From Microcoleus sp. (lineage in GTDB: Bacteria > Cyanobacteriota > Cyanobacteriia > Cyanobacteriales > Microcoleaceae): DNA of 64,000 bases. Positions 19,987 through 30,760 of the stretch are shown here, one piece after another (the first letter of the stretch is position 1; each line of letters begins with the position of its first letter). The translations under genes and the position numbers were made by a program. The notes under the pieces were generated by a model, which saw nothing but the letters and a program-made list of their open reading frames with translations, ran no database searches and was not told where the DNA came from. Location: contig CP181291.1 of assembly GCA_052279835.1 (NCBI GenBank), positions 3,008,001-3,072,000 of the forward strand, given 5' to 3'.

Positions 19987-20967
19987 GAAAGGCTATACTC
20001 CCAACAATGACTTACTAGAAGGCAGCATTGATAGCGACACCCTTACGGGATTTGCAGGCCAAGATACTCTCTACGGTAAAGCCGGAGACGATCTGCTTGA
20101 TGGTGGTTCTGGTGCAGATAAAATGTATGGTGGTAGCGATAATGACACATACATTGTCGATAATATTGCTGACACAATTACTGAGAACGCTGCTGAAGGT
20201 ATCGATCTGGTGGAATCTACAGTCACTTACACTTTAGGAGTCAATGTCGAAGACCTTCATTTGAAAGGAACTGCTGCTATTGATGGCACGGGAAACAACG
20301 CCCACAATGCTATAGTAGGCAACGATGCCAACAACTCTCTCTATGGTTTAGGCGATCGCGATTACCTATTTGGTGCCGGTGGTAATGACTTCCTCAATGG
20401 TGGTGATGGAGACGACCAAATCTATGGTGGTACCGGAAATGACCAAATCTATGGTGGTTCTGGTGCCGACGAAATGTATGGTGGTACGGGAGACGACCAA
20501 TATCTGGTTGATAATGTTGGTGATTTAGTTACCGAAAAAGTTGGAGAAGGTATTGATACCGTAGTCACTGGTAATATCAGCTATACTCTGGGCGCTAATG
20601 TCGAAAATCTCACTTTGACTGATGCTGCCGATATCCAAGGTACGGGTAACGAATTGAATAATTATATGCTGGGTAACGCTGAGGATTGGTATATCTGAGT
20701 TCAAGTCTGTTTAACTGAGTCAGTCCAGGAGGCGCTCCCGCTCGAGAAACTGGGCTTTTACCTAATCTGCGGACTACATCAAAAGATTTTTGTAAAAAAC
20801 CCGGTTTCTGGCCACCAGTGCGTAAGTTATCTGTGTTTTTAACCATTTTCAATCAGCCATTTACGGGCGGGCAGGAGGTTGATTAACAGTCTACCTCACA
20901 ATCAAATTTACTCTTTCTTTGTGGAACAGAAAGAAAAGCTTGTTTATACAGGTGCAAGCTCTAAGTT

Positions 20968-23900
20968 TTATCTGAAGTTCCCACTGCGGGAAACTTTAAA
21001 AATGCTATAACTCTTGTGGAAACGTCGAATAGTTCGATCGTGACCGCCACTAGCAAGGATTTTACCATCGGGACTCCAGGCTACACTCGCAATCCAATTG
21101 CTATGTCCCTGCAAGATTTGCACGGATTTCCCCTGTTGAATATCCCACAACCGAATGCTCAAGTCGCCTGCTGCACTCGCGAGAATTTGACTGTTAGGAC
21201 TCCAAGCGACAGTCCATACCCAGGCTGCATGACCTTGCAAAGTTGTCAAGCATTCGCCGCTGCTGGGATTCCAAAGCCTGATATCGCAGTCATCGGAACC
21301 ACTGGTGAGGATACTGCCATCGGGACTCCAAGCTAAACTCCAAATCCAATTGCGATGCCCCTGCAAAATTTTGATACACAATCCTGTATCGGGATTCCAC
21401 AACCGAATCCGACTATCGGCACTGCTACTGGCAAGGCTGCGCCCGTCGGGACTCCAGGCTGCGGCAAACATGGAATTGCTGTATCCCTGAAAAGTTTTGA
21501 AACTGCGACAATCACTCGATCGTTCGCCGTATACTTCCCACAGTCGCACAGTTTGGTCATGGGAACCGCTGGCGATGGTTTTCCCGTTGGCACTCCAAGC
21601 CACAGTCACAGCCCAAATCGAATTGGTGTGTGCTTCTAAGGTTTGCAAACATTGACCGATTTCTGTATCCCAGATTGTGATGTTATAGCCTCCACTGGCA
21701 GTGGCCAGCATTTTGCTATCGGGACTCCAAGCGACTGAGAATACACGGGAATCATATCTTTGCAAGGTTTTGAGACATTGACCGCGATCGGCATCCCAAA
21801 TTTTCACACTGCCATCTTCGCTGCCTGTGGCGAGTATTTCTCCATCGGGACTCCAAGCAATAGACCAAATTTCACTGTTATGTCCGGATAAGATATTGAG
21901 GCACTCACCGCTGTGGATATCCCAGAGTCGAATGGTTGCATCCAAGGATGCGTTGCCGAGGATTTTACCGTCGGGACTCCAAGCAACAGACGAAATCCGA
22001 TTGCTATGTCCCTGGAAGATTTTGATACATTCTTGGGTACGAGTATCCCAGAGTCGAATTTCGCGATCGTCCCCAGCAGCGAGGAGATGTCCCTTGGGCT
22101 GCCATGCTAAGCTTCTGACGGTAGCTTGATGTCCTTGCAAAATTACCAAACAATTGCCAGATTCAATATCCCAAAGCCTGATGGTGCGATCTTCACCTGC
22201 ACTGGCTAGGATTTGACCATCTGGACTCCAAGTAATTCCCCAAATCCAACCAAAATGCTCTCTAAACATCCCTTTGGATTGTCCGTTAGAAACTTGCCAA
22301 ACTGACACTATATTGTTGCTATCTCCGATCGCCAGTAGTTGACTGTCCGGGCTGAAAGCAACTCTTAAAATACCGCCTAATGGCTGAGTAAACCTGGCTT
22401 TGGACAGGTCAGAATGGGCAAAATTAACCCGATGGAGATTGGCATCTTGAAAATCTGCTTGCCAAATACTGAGATAGGAAAAGTCGTAGCCAGTCAGATC
22501 GACATCGAGGTGGCGCAACAGATTGATGATGTTACCGCCCGCATATCCAGTTTGATTGGGACACTCGGTTTGCAGGCGATATAAGATTTGATGCAATTGA
22601 TAAACAATGTCTTTTTTCGAGCCTAACTGGTTCAGCAACCGGAGAATTAGCGGCGTTACAATTACGCGAATTTGGCTGTCTCGAATATAGTCTTTGTCCT
22701 GTGCTTTCATCAGGGCATAGGTTTGCAACACGGAAGTTGAGGACAAGGGAGTCGGCGATGAGCGATCGACAATTTCATCAGAAATGCGATCGATCAGCGT
22801 CTGCGTGACATATTCCATCACCACAGGTTGTAATGTAAACTGACCTCCGTTAGTTTCAATCAACGATCGCCATTTCAAATTTTGCAGTGCTTCCATCAAC
22901 TGCGTTTGGGATACGCCAGCATTCAAATCTTCTCGAAGTTCGGCAAAAGAAACCCATTCGCGATCGATCGCCAACCAGCACATTACTTGATTCTCTAAGA
23001 TTGAAAGACGACTGCATTGTTGTTGAATCAAATCTGAAACATCACCAAATACAGTAACGTTTTGTTCTAGGAAAAGAGCAATATTGCCGCTGAACAAATC
23101 TCGAATGGTGGTGGCAACGATTTTTAATGCCAGGGGATTGCATCGATAGCGATCGCACAAATCCTGTTTTTGACTTTCCGATCCAGTTAATCCCGTCACC
23201 TTAATCAATGCTTCGGAGGCCTCTGGAGAACCGCCCAAAGACAAGCCCTGTACTGCCAAGTCGCCCGCTTCCGATTGAGCGAATTGAGGGCATTTTTCCC
23301 GGCTGGTTAATACCAAACAGCTTTGATGGGGAGTCTCGGCTACCACTCGCAGCATTTCGTCGTAAGCTTCATAACCGGGACGATATAGTCCGCTCTGATC
23401 CCCAGGTTGTGACAGGCTTTCGGTATTGTCTATAACCATCAGACAGCGATGATTCCGCAGACACTGAATCAAGCTGCTAATTTCTGCTTTTGTCTCCTGT
23501 TGTCCTGAGAGAAATGAGACTAATTCTGCTAACAAAACGGACGGCGGCGGGACATTGCGGAGACTTCGCCAAATGACGTAGGTAAATTGGTTTTGTAGCT
23601 GTTGGGCCAGTTTGACAGATAAAGCCGTTTTCCCGATGCCACCAATCCCAAAAATACCCACTAACCGGCAATTATCTTGTAAAATCCATTGCGTTAGGGT
23701 AGTGAGTTCTGCCGTGCGCCCGTAAAAGCGGGAAACATCTACTGCTTCTCCCCAATCCTGGGCGATGGGCTTCACGGGTTCCCGTTGTGGGGTTTCGGGT
23801 TCTGGCTGAATATAATCTTGCTCGGTTAGTGTGAGGTTGAAGGCGCGAAATAGCTCTTCTAGGGTTTGGAGATCGACGGCTGCTTTGCAACTTCGTAACC

Positions 23901-24072
23901 GCCCAATCGATCGAACACTTAACCCTGTCAAATTGCTTAATCGCTCTAAGGTGTAAGCAGACCCGCCATTTTCAGCAATAGCTAATTGCTCTTGGATATT
24001 CTGGAAACGCTGCAAACCCCAATCTGAAAGAATCACGCCTCGGCGCTTACGTTTTTTAGGCAGTTTAGTCAT
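20968..24072 (-). CDS. HTH + NB-ARC + pentapeptide + WD40-repeat STAND protein (C-terminus possibly truncated)
   Basis: FYGRTAEL, GIGGIGKT, LMVIDN, LTSRE, NPLALK; many GH..W.VAWSPDG..LAS.S.D..IRLW repeats. Confidence 0.92.
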   Translation of the reverse strand: MTKLPKKRKRRGVILSDWGLQRFQNIQEQLAIAENGGSAYTLERLSNLTGLSVRSIGRLRSCKAAVDLQTLEELFRAFNLTLTEQDYIQPEPETPQREPVKPIAQDWGEAVDVSRFYGRTAELTTLTQWILQDNCRLVGIFGIGGIGKTALSVKLAQQLQNQFTYVIWRSLRNVPPPSVLLAELVSFLSGQQETKAEISSLIQCLRNHRCLMVIDNTESLSQPGDQSGLYRPGYEAYDEMLRVVAETPHQSCLVLTSREKCPQFAQSEAGDLAVQGLSLGGSPEASEALIKVTGLTGSESQKQDLCDRYRCNPLALKIVATTIRDLFSGNIALFLEQNVTVFGDVSDLIQQQCSRLSILENQVMCWLAIDREWVSFAELREDLNAGVSQTQLMEALQNLKWRSLIETNGGQFTLQPVVMEYVTQTLIDRISDEIVDRSSPTPLSSTSVLQTYALMKAQDKDYIRDSQIRVIVTPLILRLLNQLGSKKDIVYQLHQILYRLQTECPNQTGYAGGNIINLLRHLDVDLTGYDFSYLSIWQADFQDANLHRVNFAHSDLSKARFTQPLGGILRVAFSPDSQLLAIGDSNNIVSVWQVSNGQSKGMFREHFGWIWGITWSPDGQILASAGEDRTIRLWDIESGNCLVILQGHQATVRSLAWQPKGHLLAAGDDREIRLWDTRTQECIKIFQGHSNRISSVAWSPDGKILGNASLDATIRLWDIHSGECLNILSGHNSEIWSIAWSPDGEILATGSEDGSVKIWDADRGQCLKTLQRYDSRVFSVAWSPDSKMLATASGGYNITIWDTEIGQCLQTLEAHTNSIWAVTVAWSANGKTIASGSHDQTVRLWEVYGERSSDCRSFKTFQGYSNSMFAAAWSPDGRSLASSSADSRIRLWNPDTGLCIKILQGHRNWIWSLAWSPDGSILTSGSDDCDIRLWNPSSGECLTTLQGHAAWVWTVAWSPNSQILASAAGDLSIRLWDIQQGKSVQILQGHSNWIASVAWSPDGKILASGGHDRTIRRFHKSYSIFKVSRSGNFR

Positions 24073-24569
24073 ACCTTGATATTCCAACTCGAACTAAGTA
24101 GACGATGATTAATTTCTCTGCAAAAATCGGCGATGCTTCTTGCAGCATGAGGGGTAGTCCTCATGTCACAGCTTTTTTGGAGACAGCAAACTTCCTGTTA
24201 TTTCTAAAAAGATCGACCTAATTGGATGAGTCTAAGTACGTATCTGGACAAATTCACAAGTATGTCACAAAAAATTAGGTGGGGCGAGCGGATTTAAATT
24301 TAACAAGTTGTGTAGCACAGTTTCCTCTTTCTCCTCTAACTTCCACTCCATAAATTACAGCATAAGCAATTTCTAAATCACGATTTATCTAAGCACCAGT
24401 AATAGGGCAATTACCGTCTGCTCGTCTTATTCAAAGTTTGTCATATCCTCAATCGAGATTCAACCCGTCATTTGCCGTAGTCAATTGTTAAGAAACAGAT
24501 ACAAAACCAAGGTAATTAACACATCTTCTCCTAGAAAACTGTATTATTGCATCCCTGGAGCAGAGAAAA

Positions 24570-25703
24570 ATGCAACACTTAACTCACAATGATTTCCAAA
24601 ATTTTTCTGAATACCTACAGGAACTCTACAAAACTTGTAGCGTTGAAGATTTCGCATCCCATCTGCTTTCAATTATCTCGAAGCTTATTCCCGCAGTAGA
24701 TTACACCTACAACACACTCTCCTTCGGGAATCACAAGTCTACCACGATCGACTATCAACCCGCTCCTGGGTTAGATCCCCTCGATCTAACGCATTTTGAT
24801 CGAGTTGCTAATCAACATTTTTATGAGAATCCTCTAGTCGGTAATTATCTACGAACTCGTGACCATCGAGCGCATAAGGTTTCCGATTTCTTAAATGAGA
24901 ATCAACTGCATCGTTTGGAAGGATTGTATGGAAAGTTGATGCAGCCTAGAGGAATCAGAGATCTGATTGCAGTTTCATTACCGATTGTTGCTACTACATC
25001 CACAAGCAAGCTGTACTCTGGACAAGATGATATTATTGCCATCACGCTGATGAGAGACGAGATTTTCACTGAGCGCGATCGCTTCTTATTCAACTTATTG
25101 CACCCTCATCTTTTGCAAGCACAGCAAAATATGAATCAGTTTGCCAATATACAACTGGAATGGCTGCAACAGCGTAATACTCTAGAGGCATTGGGAATTA
25201 TTGCGATCGACGGAGATGGGGAAGTTAAGTTCATGAGTCAACGAGCTTGGCAATGGCTAAACCAGTATTTTCCAGGCAAGTGCTCAACAGGATGCTTGCC
25301 AGAGAATTTGCAAAGATGGGTTAAATATCAGTTGTCACTTTTAACCCTAAGTGAGGATATTCCTCCACCCTATTTACCACTAAAATTAGAGCAGGAAGGC
25401 AAACAATTAGTCGTGCGTTTTGTCACTGAGCAACCACGGGAGCAATATCTATTGTTGCTTGAAGAACAGCAGTTGTTGACTCTATCATCCGTATCTTTGG
25501 AATTACTAAGATTAACAAAACGTGAAGCAGAAGTGTTATTTGAGGTGACGCAGGGTAAGACTAACTCCGAAATTGCTGCCACACTTAGCCTTAGCATCGG
25601 CACTGTCAGGAAGTATTTAGAAAACATCTACTCGAAACTGTCAGTACAAACTCGTACAGAAGCGGTGGTATTTGCTTTGAAACAGCTTGGGACACTTGGT
25701 TAG
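24570..25703 (+). CDS. LuxR-family transcriptional regulator with N-terminal sensor region
   Basis: C-terminal LTKREAEVL..GKTNSEIA..LS.GTVRKYLENIYSKL.VQTRTEAV. Confidence 0.9.
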   Translation: MQHLTHNDFQNFSEYLQELYKTCSVEDFASHLLSIISKLIPAVDYTYNTLSFGNHKSTTIDYQPAPGLDPLDLTHFDRVANQHFYENPLVGNYLRTRDHRAHKVSDFLNENQLHRLEGLYGKLMQPRGIRDLIAVSLPIVATTSTSKLYSGQDDIIAITLMRDEIFTERDRFLFNLLHPHLLQAQQNMNQFANIQLEWLQQRNTLEALGIIAIDGDGEVKFMSQRAWQWLNQYFPGKCSTGCLPENLQRWVKYQLSLLTLSEDIPPPYLPLKLEQEGKQLVVRFVTEQPREQYLLLLEEQQLLTLSSVSLELLRLTKREAEVLFEVTQGKTNSEIAATLSLSIGTVRKYLENIYSKLSVQTRTEAVVFALKQLGTLG

Positions 25704-25830
25704 CGAAAAACAAAAGCCTTTTTCACTACTTCTGGTCACAGATGTAGGTTGAGGGCGATCGGCTTTGAGGATTTTCCAGCATTTGCCTGTCAAGATTGTG
25801 GTTGTCGCGGTTGCTTGTTTGATTACACTA

Positions 25831-26199
25831 TCAGTTTTGAGGATGGGCGATACTTCCGACTTGTTGCTGGAAGCGGATCATCTCTAAAGATCGATCGCCA
25901 TAAAGGTCTTCAATATGCTCTAAGCAGCAGTCGATCGCAAAATCGTTCAACTCAGCAGGCTCAATACCGTACATATCCTCAAACACCTCTGAGTCTACAC
26001 GACAAAAGCGCGGGCGATCGGCATAAATTCCGCACTCTCGCGTTTCTTTGTCAAACTTGACACACCAACCATCATCACCTACGAGGCTCAAGTAGAGTCC
26101 CAATTCTTCCTCTGATAAATACTCGTCTAAGTCAGGGCGCTCTGTGGGGTCGAGGTAACAACAAGCACCGCACTGTTTTACGCAAAGCCAGGTAGCCAT
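25831..26199 (-). CDS. YkgJ family cysteine-cluster protein
   Basis: CVKQCGACC, GWC..FD...RECGIYADRPRFCR. Confidence 0.88.
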   Translation of the reverse strand: MATWLCVKQCGACCYLDPTERPDLDEYLSEEELGLYLSLVGDDGWCVKFDKETRECGIYADRPRFCRVDSEVFEDMYGIEPAELNDFAIDCCLEHIEDLYGDRSLEMIRFQQQVGSIAHPQN

Positions 26200-26357
26200 A
26201 GTTTTATTTGAGATTTTAGATAGACTTTAGATTTTAGATTTTAGATTGGGATCGTAGCTTAGCATATTTATAGAAATGTGAGATTTTAGATTTTGGTCCA
26301 TCGTAGTTTACCATGACTTAGACAGAGACGATATCTATAGATATGTAGGTGATAATT

Positions 26358-27380
26358 ATGTCTTCTTCACAACCTCCATCAAGGGAAAAAAGACCTCTCG
26401 GATTGGATGAATTAATTGCGATCCTAGTCGCCTTCGGCACTGTGGGTGGAATTTTATTTTGGGTAATAGGGAAAAAACCCAGTCAATTCGGTATTACCAA
26501 TTGGCAATTTCCAGCGGTATTCTCTCAACCTGCTGCTGTGTCCGATCGCCCCACAATCTTAACGCCCCCGCCGTCTAGTTCGGATCTGCCATCCCCCCCA
26601 GCCAGAGTCATTCCCTCTCCATCTCCGGGAACTTCCCTCGCACCATTACCGCAAGTTGTGGTGCCAATTCCTGTTATTGTCCCTCCGGCTAGCGTTGTTC
26701 CAGAACAGCCAATTGTGCCATCGACTCCGGCTCCGATAATTACCAAACCTAAACCTGCTCAAGGAAAAATCGGTCCGGTCAAATTGTCCGATGTTCCAGA
26801 TAAGCATTGGGCCCGTCCATTTATTTTAGCATTAGTCGATCGGCAAATTTTTTCAGATGTCACAGACAACAAATTTCGTCCCGACGAACCAATAACGCGA
26901 GCGGAACTAGCGCGATTAATTAAGCAAATGTCCGATCAAGAACCGCGTCGCAAAGCAGTTGATTTTAAAGATATCGAATCCGGCAATCCGGCTGCTCCTT
27001 TCATCGACTACAGCGTCAAGACAGGATACTTAAAAGGATACCCAAACCAGGAGTTCCGTCCTGACAAACCAGTTCCCCGTGTGGAAGTAATCGCATCTCT
27101 GGCTAGCGGCTTGAATCTGAAACCATCAAAGACAACGACCAAAACTTTACAGTTTTATACCGACAAACAAAAAATACCTAAATGGGCTGTTGACCAAGTA
27201 GCAGCAGCTACGGAAGCAGGTCTTATTGTCAACTATCCGAAGCGCCAACTTTTGAGGCCAAATACAACAGCAACTCGCGCAGAAGTAGCGGTCATGCTTT
27301 ACCAAGCTATGGCAAAAAAAGGGAAAGTACCAGCTAAATCTTCTCAGTATGTTGTGCGGCGTTCCAAGGTGTTGAAGTAA
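26358..27380 (+). CDS. S-layer homology (SLH) domain protein with TM anchor and Pro-rich linker
   Basis: SDVPDKHWA, FRPDEPITRAELA, GYPNQEFRPDKPVPRVEV, ATRAEVAVMLYQA. Confidence 0.9.
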   Translation: MSSSQPPSREKRPLGLDELIAILVAFGTVGGILFWVIGKKPSQFGITNWQFPAVFSQPAAVSDRPTILTPPPSSSDLPSPPARVIPSPSPGTSLAPLPQVVVPIPVIVPPASVVPEQPIVPSTPAPIITKPKPAQGKIGPVKLSDVPDKHWARPFILALVDRQIFSDVTDNKFRPDEPITRAELARLIKQMSDQEPRRKAVDFKDIESGNPAAPFIDYSVKTGYLKGYPNQEFRPDKPVPRVEVIASLASGLNLKPSKTTTKTLQFYTDKQKIPKWAVDQVAAATEAGLIVNYPKRQLLRPNTTATRAEVAVMLYQAMAKKGKVPAKSSQYVVRRSKVLK

Positions 27381-27599
27381 ATTTTATGGTGGGGTAGGCT
27401 TCGGGTGCATCTGTGTTTGGCAAATATATTCGTAGGGGCTTTCGCCTGACGGCTGTAAATCTCTGGTTATCACGAATAAATTGTCTGCGGTCATGCTTCG
27501 CCTATGCAAAATCAGGATGCTCCCTAGGCTTCTAGCCTACCCCACCCTAAAATTCATCTGTTTGTTTTTTATTACCTAGAATGAAGATAGGATTTGAGA

Positions 27600-29267
27600 T
27601 CAATCTTGAAAAACCATGATACTACCAGAATAACAAGCCACCCAAACCTGATTAGTTTGCGGATCGTAGGTAATGCCTATGGGACTTGAATTCACATTCA
27701 CTGTTTGCAAAACTTTCATATCTCCGGTGCTAATTTTGCTGACAGTATTGGAAGAATAGTTAACTACGTAAATCAGTTTCCCGTCATCAGAAATTGTCAT
27801 GCTGCGAGGCTGACTACCAGTTGAAACTTTGTCAACAACTTCACCAGAATCTAGGCTAATTTTTGCGACATTTCCTTCACCATTCAAAGTAGCATAAAGA
27901 TACTTGCCGTTGGGGTCTATTACCAAATGACGGGGTGAACTACCAACATTTCTTAACCAATTTACCGAAAAATCTCTGAGATTAACCTTGGCAATATCGG
28001 CGGAACCCATGACAGCAACATAGGCGGTTTTTGAGTCAGGAGTGACCACAATACCGCGAGGATAGGCTCCCAATTTTACCCGCTCAATTTCGCTGTTTTT
28101 CTGAGTGTCAACTACGCTTAAATCCCAACTACACCAATTACTCGCCAGCACCCACCGATTATCTGGGGAAACAGCATTGAATTTCGGTACAGCACCTACA
28201 GAAATTACTTTTTCTATTTTGAGAGTTTGGGTATTGATGCGGTACATGAAACTTTCGTCATGTTTGGCGGCGGGAGAACATCTGTCACTACCGGGATTGT
28301 CAAAGCCAGCACCGTACATTTGATAGTTTGATATGTAGGCATATTTGCCATCATTTGAAAAAGCAGCTTCCACCGGAGCGCCTTGATAATTACCCTTGAA
28401 TTTGGAAAAACCAAACTTTGATAAGTTTACGCGATCGGGAATGGTCTTGACTAATTTAAAGTTGCGATCGTACACTGTGATTGTGTGGCTGTACATCATG
28501 TTTTGAGCAAAAAACAGCCCAGCACCTGAATAAACAATTGATTTGGGGGATATGCTACCGTAAATTGTTTTTTTCAAGGTCATTTTTCCCTGGCTTTTGG
28601 GACGGGGACGAATCAGCTTTTTGGGAGCTACTTGCGGTGGGGGAGTTTCCACCATAAATGGGGGTAAAAATGGATTAGAAAATATCGGTCTTTTGGGTGA
28701 ATTATTGGAGTTAGAATCTTCTAATTTATTTGGATTTTCCGGGGCTGTAAGTGATGGGAAAGCTTGTGGTTTGGTGGTATTTTTTTCGGACTGCTGTTTG
28801 GTAGGCGATTGTAATTCGTCTGGATTTTTTGGGGCGATAGAGTCGGGTTGTGGGCGATCGGGATTTGGTGTTTTTTGCGCCGCCGATTCTGGGACTGTAG
28901 CTTCGGGCTTAACTTTCAGTGCAGCCAAGGTTTTTGGGCCGACAATTCCATCAACTTTGAGATTGTTTTCTGCTTGGAACTTTTTCACCGCAGCTTGAGT
29001 TACAGAACCGTAAAATCCTGTGGGTTTGCTACGAAAATATCCGGCATCTTGGAGAGTTTTCTGGAGTTCGGTAACTTCCGGACCTGAATCTCCTTTTTTG
29101 ATGGCTAGTGCGGGATTTACTAAGTAGTTAATAATGCTTAAAGCCAGGAGCAAGCATAGTAAAGGAGTAGAGGCTAAATTCAGGTGCGTTGTTGAGTTTT
29201 TTCCTGGAGTTTTGCTGGGAGGGGTTTCCCAGGTTTCTGCTAAGTGCAGGTAGGCTAGTCCGTCCAT
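27600..29267 (-). CDS. Peptidoglycan-binding domain + YVTN beta-propeller protein
   Basis: GDSGPEVTELQ..FQAENNLKVDGIVGPKT; repeated VG..P.GI...PDGK..YV propeller blades. Confidence 0.85.
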   Translation of the reverse strand: MDGLAYLHLAETWETPPSKTPGKNSTTHLNLASTPLLCLLLALSIINYLVNPALAIKKGDSGPEVTELQKTLQDAGYFRSKPTGFYGSVTQAAVKKFQAENNLKVDGIVGPKTLAALKVKPEATVPESAAQKTPNPDRPQPDSIAPKNPDELQSPTKQQSEKNTTKPQAFPSLTAPENPNKLEDSNSNNSPKRPIFSNPFLPPFMVETPPPQVAPKKLIRPRPKSQGKMTLKKTIYGSISPKSIVYSGAGLFFAQNMMYSHTITVYDRNFKLVKTIPDRVNLSKFGFSKFKGNYQGAPVEAAFSNDGKYAYISNYQMYGAGFDNPGSDRCSPAAKHDESFMYRINTQTLKIEKVISVGAVPKFNAVSPDNRWVLASNWCSWDLSVVDTQKNSEIERVKLGAYPRGIVVTPDSKTAYVAVMGSADIAKVNLRDFSVNWLRNVGSSPRHLVIDPNGKYLYATLNGEGNVAKISLDSGEVVDKVSTGSQPRSMTISDDGKLIYVVNYSSNTVSKISTGDMKVLQTVNVNSSPIGITYDPQTNQVWVACYSGSIMVFQD

Positions 29268-29542
29268 AGTTTTTACTCAGTGGTTTTGGTGATATGATAC
29301 ACCAATTAACATCGATCGAAATGATAAACTGGAAAAGTTTATAATAGGCATCTCCCGAAAAGTCTGTTAAGAACACGCTAGGGATGCTGACCACTTCGAT
29401 CCTTCGACTAGCCTTTGGCAAAGCTGAGCTCTTAACCGTCACGTAGTCGAAGGGGGTCTGTTATACAATATTTATGGGAGAGGTATCGCCTGCGGAATTG
29501 AGAAAAATTTTTAATAGTGTGAGGAAGTTGGAGTGATTAATC

Positions 29543-30760
29543 ATGTTGAATAGGGAACAAACATCGGCAGAAGCATTGCCTAAAGAATGTCCGCCGAATT
29601 TACTTTCCGATGGTTACGGTGGACTTTGCCAGCGGGCTTGGGTAGAAATTGATTTAGCAGCTTTAACTCACAATGTAAAACAGCTTAAAAATATTTTATC
29701 TCCCCGATCGCAACTGATGGCTGTGGTGAAAGCTGATGCTTATGGACACGGTGCGATCGCAGTTAGTCAAACAGTTTTGCAAGCTGGTGCTAGTTGGCTG
29801 GGAGTGGCGACAATTCCAGAGGGAATTGAGTTGCGAGAAGCGGGGATTACAGCGCCGATTTTGGTGCTGGGGGCAACTTATACTACAGAACAAGTAAAAG
29901 CGATCGCCCATTGGCACTTGCAGCCGACTATTTGTACTGTCAAACAAGCTCTCATATTTTCGGAAGTTCTCGCTACCCTCAATCAATCTTTGCCGGTTCA
30001 TGCTAAGTTAGATACGGGAATGTCTCGCTTGGGTACACCTTGGCAAGAATCCACAGAATTTTTGCAGTTAATCCAGAGTTTACCTCATTTAAAATTGGCT
30101 AGTGTTTACTCTCACTTGGCGACAGCAGATAGTCCAGACCCAACTATTATGCTACAACAGCAGGAGAATTTTGAACGGGCGATCGCCCAACTTAAGATAG
30201 CAGGAATTAATCCCGATCGCCTGCACTTGGCAAACTCGGCTGCTACCCTGGCTAACCCGAACTTGCATTACGATTTAGTCCGAGTTGGCTTAGCTAATTA
30301 CGGGCTTTATCCAGCACCTCATTTACAAAATGTGGCTAATTTAAAGCCCGTCATGCAGGTAAAAGCTAGAGTGACACAGGTGAAAACAATAGCAGCCGGA
30401 ACAGGAGTCAGCTATGGCCATCAATTTGTCGCTCAGCAACAGACGCAAATTGCGGTAGTTGGCATTGGTTATGCTGATGGCATTCCCCGCAATCTTTCTA
30501 ATAAAATGAAGGTGTTAATCCGGGGTAGTTTTGTGCCACAAGTGGGGGCTGTGACCATGGATCAATTAATGCTGGATGTGAGTTCTATTCCCGATCTCGA
30601 AGTCGGTGAGGTGGTGACTTTGTTGGGTAAAGATGGAGGAAATGAAATTAGCGCTGATGATTGGGCTGGGATTTTAGGAAGCATTTCCTGGGAAATTCTC
30701 TGCGGTTTTAAACACAGATTGCCGCGCGTAGCAGTCTCAAAAAATAACAAATTAATATGA
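29543..30760 (+). CDS. alr: Alanine racemase
   Basis: AVVKADAYGHG PLP lysine motif, DTGMSRLG, GVSYG, GYADG, MDQ. Confidence 0.96.
   Translation: MLNREQTSAEALPKECPPNLLSDGYGGLCQRAWVEIDLAALTHNVKQLKNILSPRSQLMAVVKADAYGHGAIAVSQTVLQAGASWLGVATIPEGIELREAGITAPILVLGATYTTEQVKAIAHWHLQPTICTVKQALIFSEVLATLNQSLPVHAKLDTGMSRLGTPWQESTEFLQLIQSLPHLKLASVYSHLATADSPDPTIMLQQQENFERAIAQLKIAGINPDRLHLANSAATLANPNLHYDLVRVGLANYGLYPAPHLQNVANLKPVMQVKARVTQVKTIAAGTGVSYGHQFVAQQQTQIAVVGIGYADGIPRNLSNKMKVLIRGSFVPQVGAVTMDQLMLDVSSIPDLEVGEVVTLLGKDGGNEISADDWAGILGSISWEILCGFKHRLPRVAVSKNNKLI

Larger units (their letters stand above)
18746..19995 (+). mobile_element. IS630-family insertion sequence
   Basis: Terminal IRs TAGCCTTTCTCAGGTAGATGAG / CTCATCTATCTGAGAAAGGCTA; TA duplication at 18744-45 and 19996-97. 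Confidence 0.93.
18727..20698 (+). pseudogene. RTX/hemolysin-type calcium-binding protein interrupted by IS630
   Basis: Removing the IS and one TA restores MAYIPGTPNNDLLEG...; GGxGxD nonapeptide repeats downstream; 3' end also looks truncated. Confidence 0.85.
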
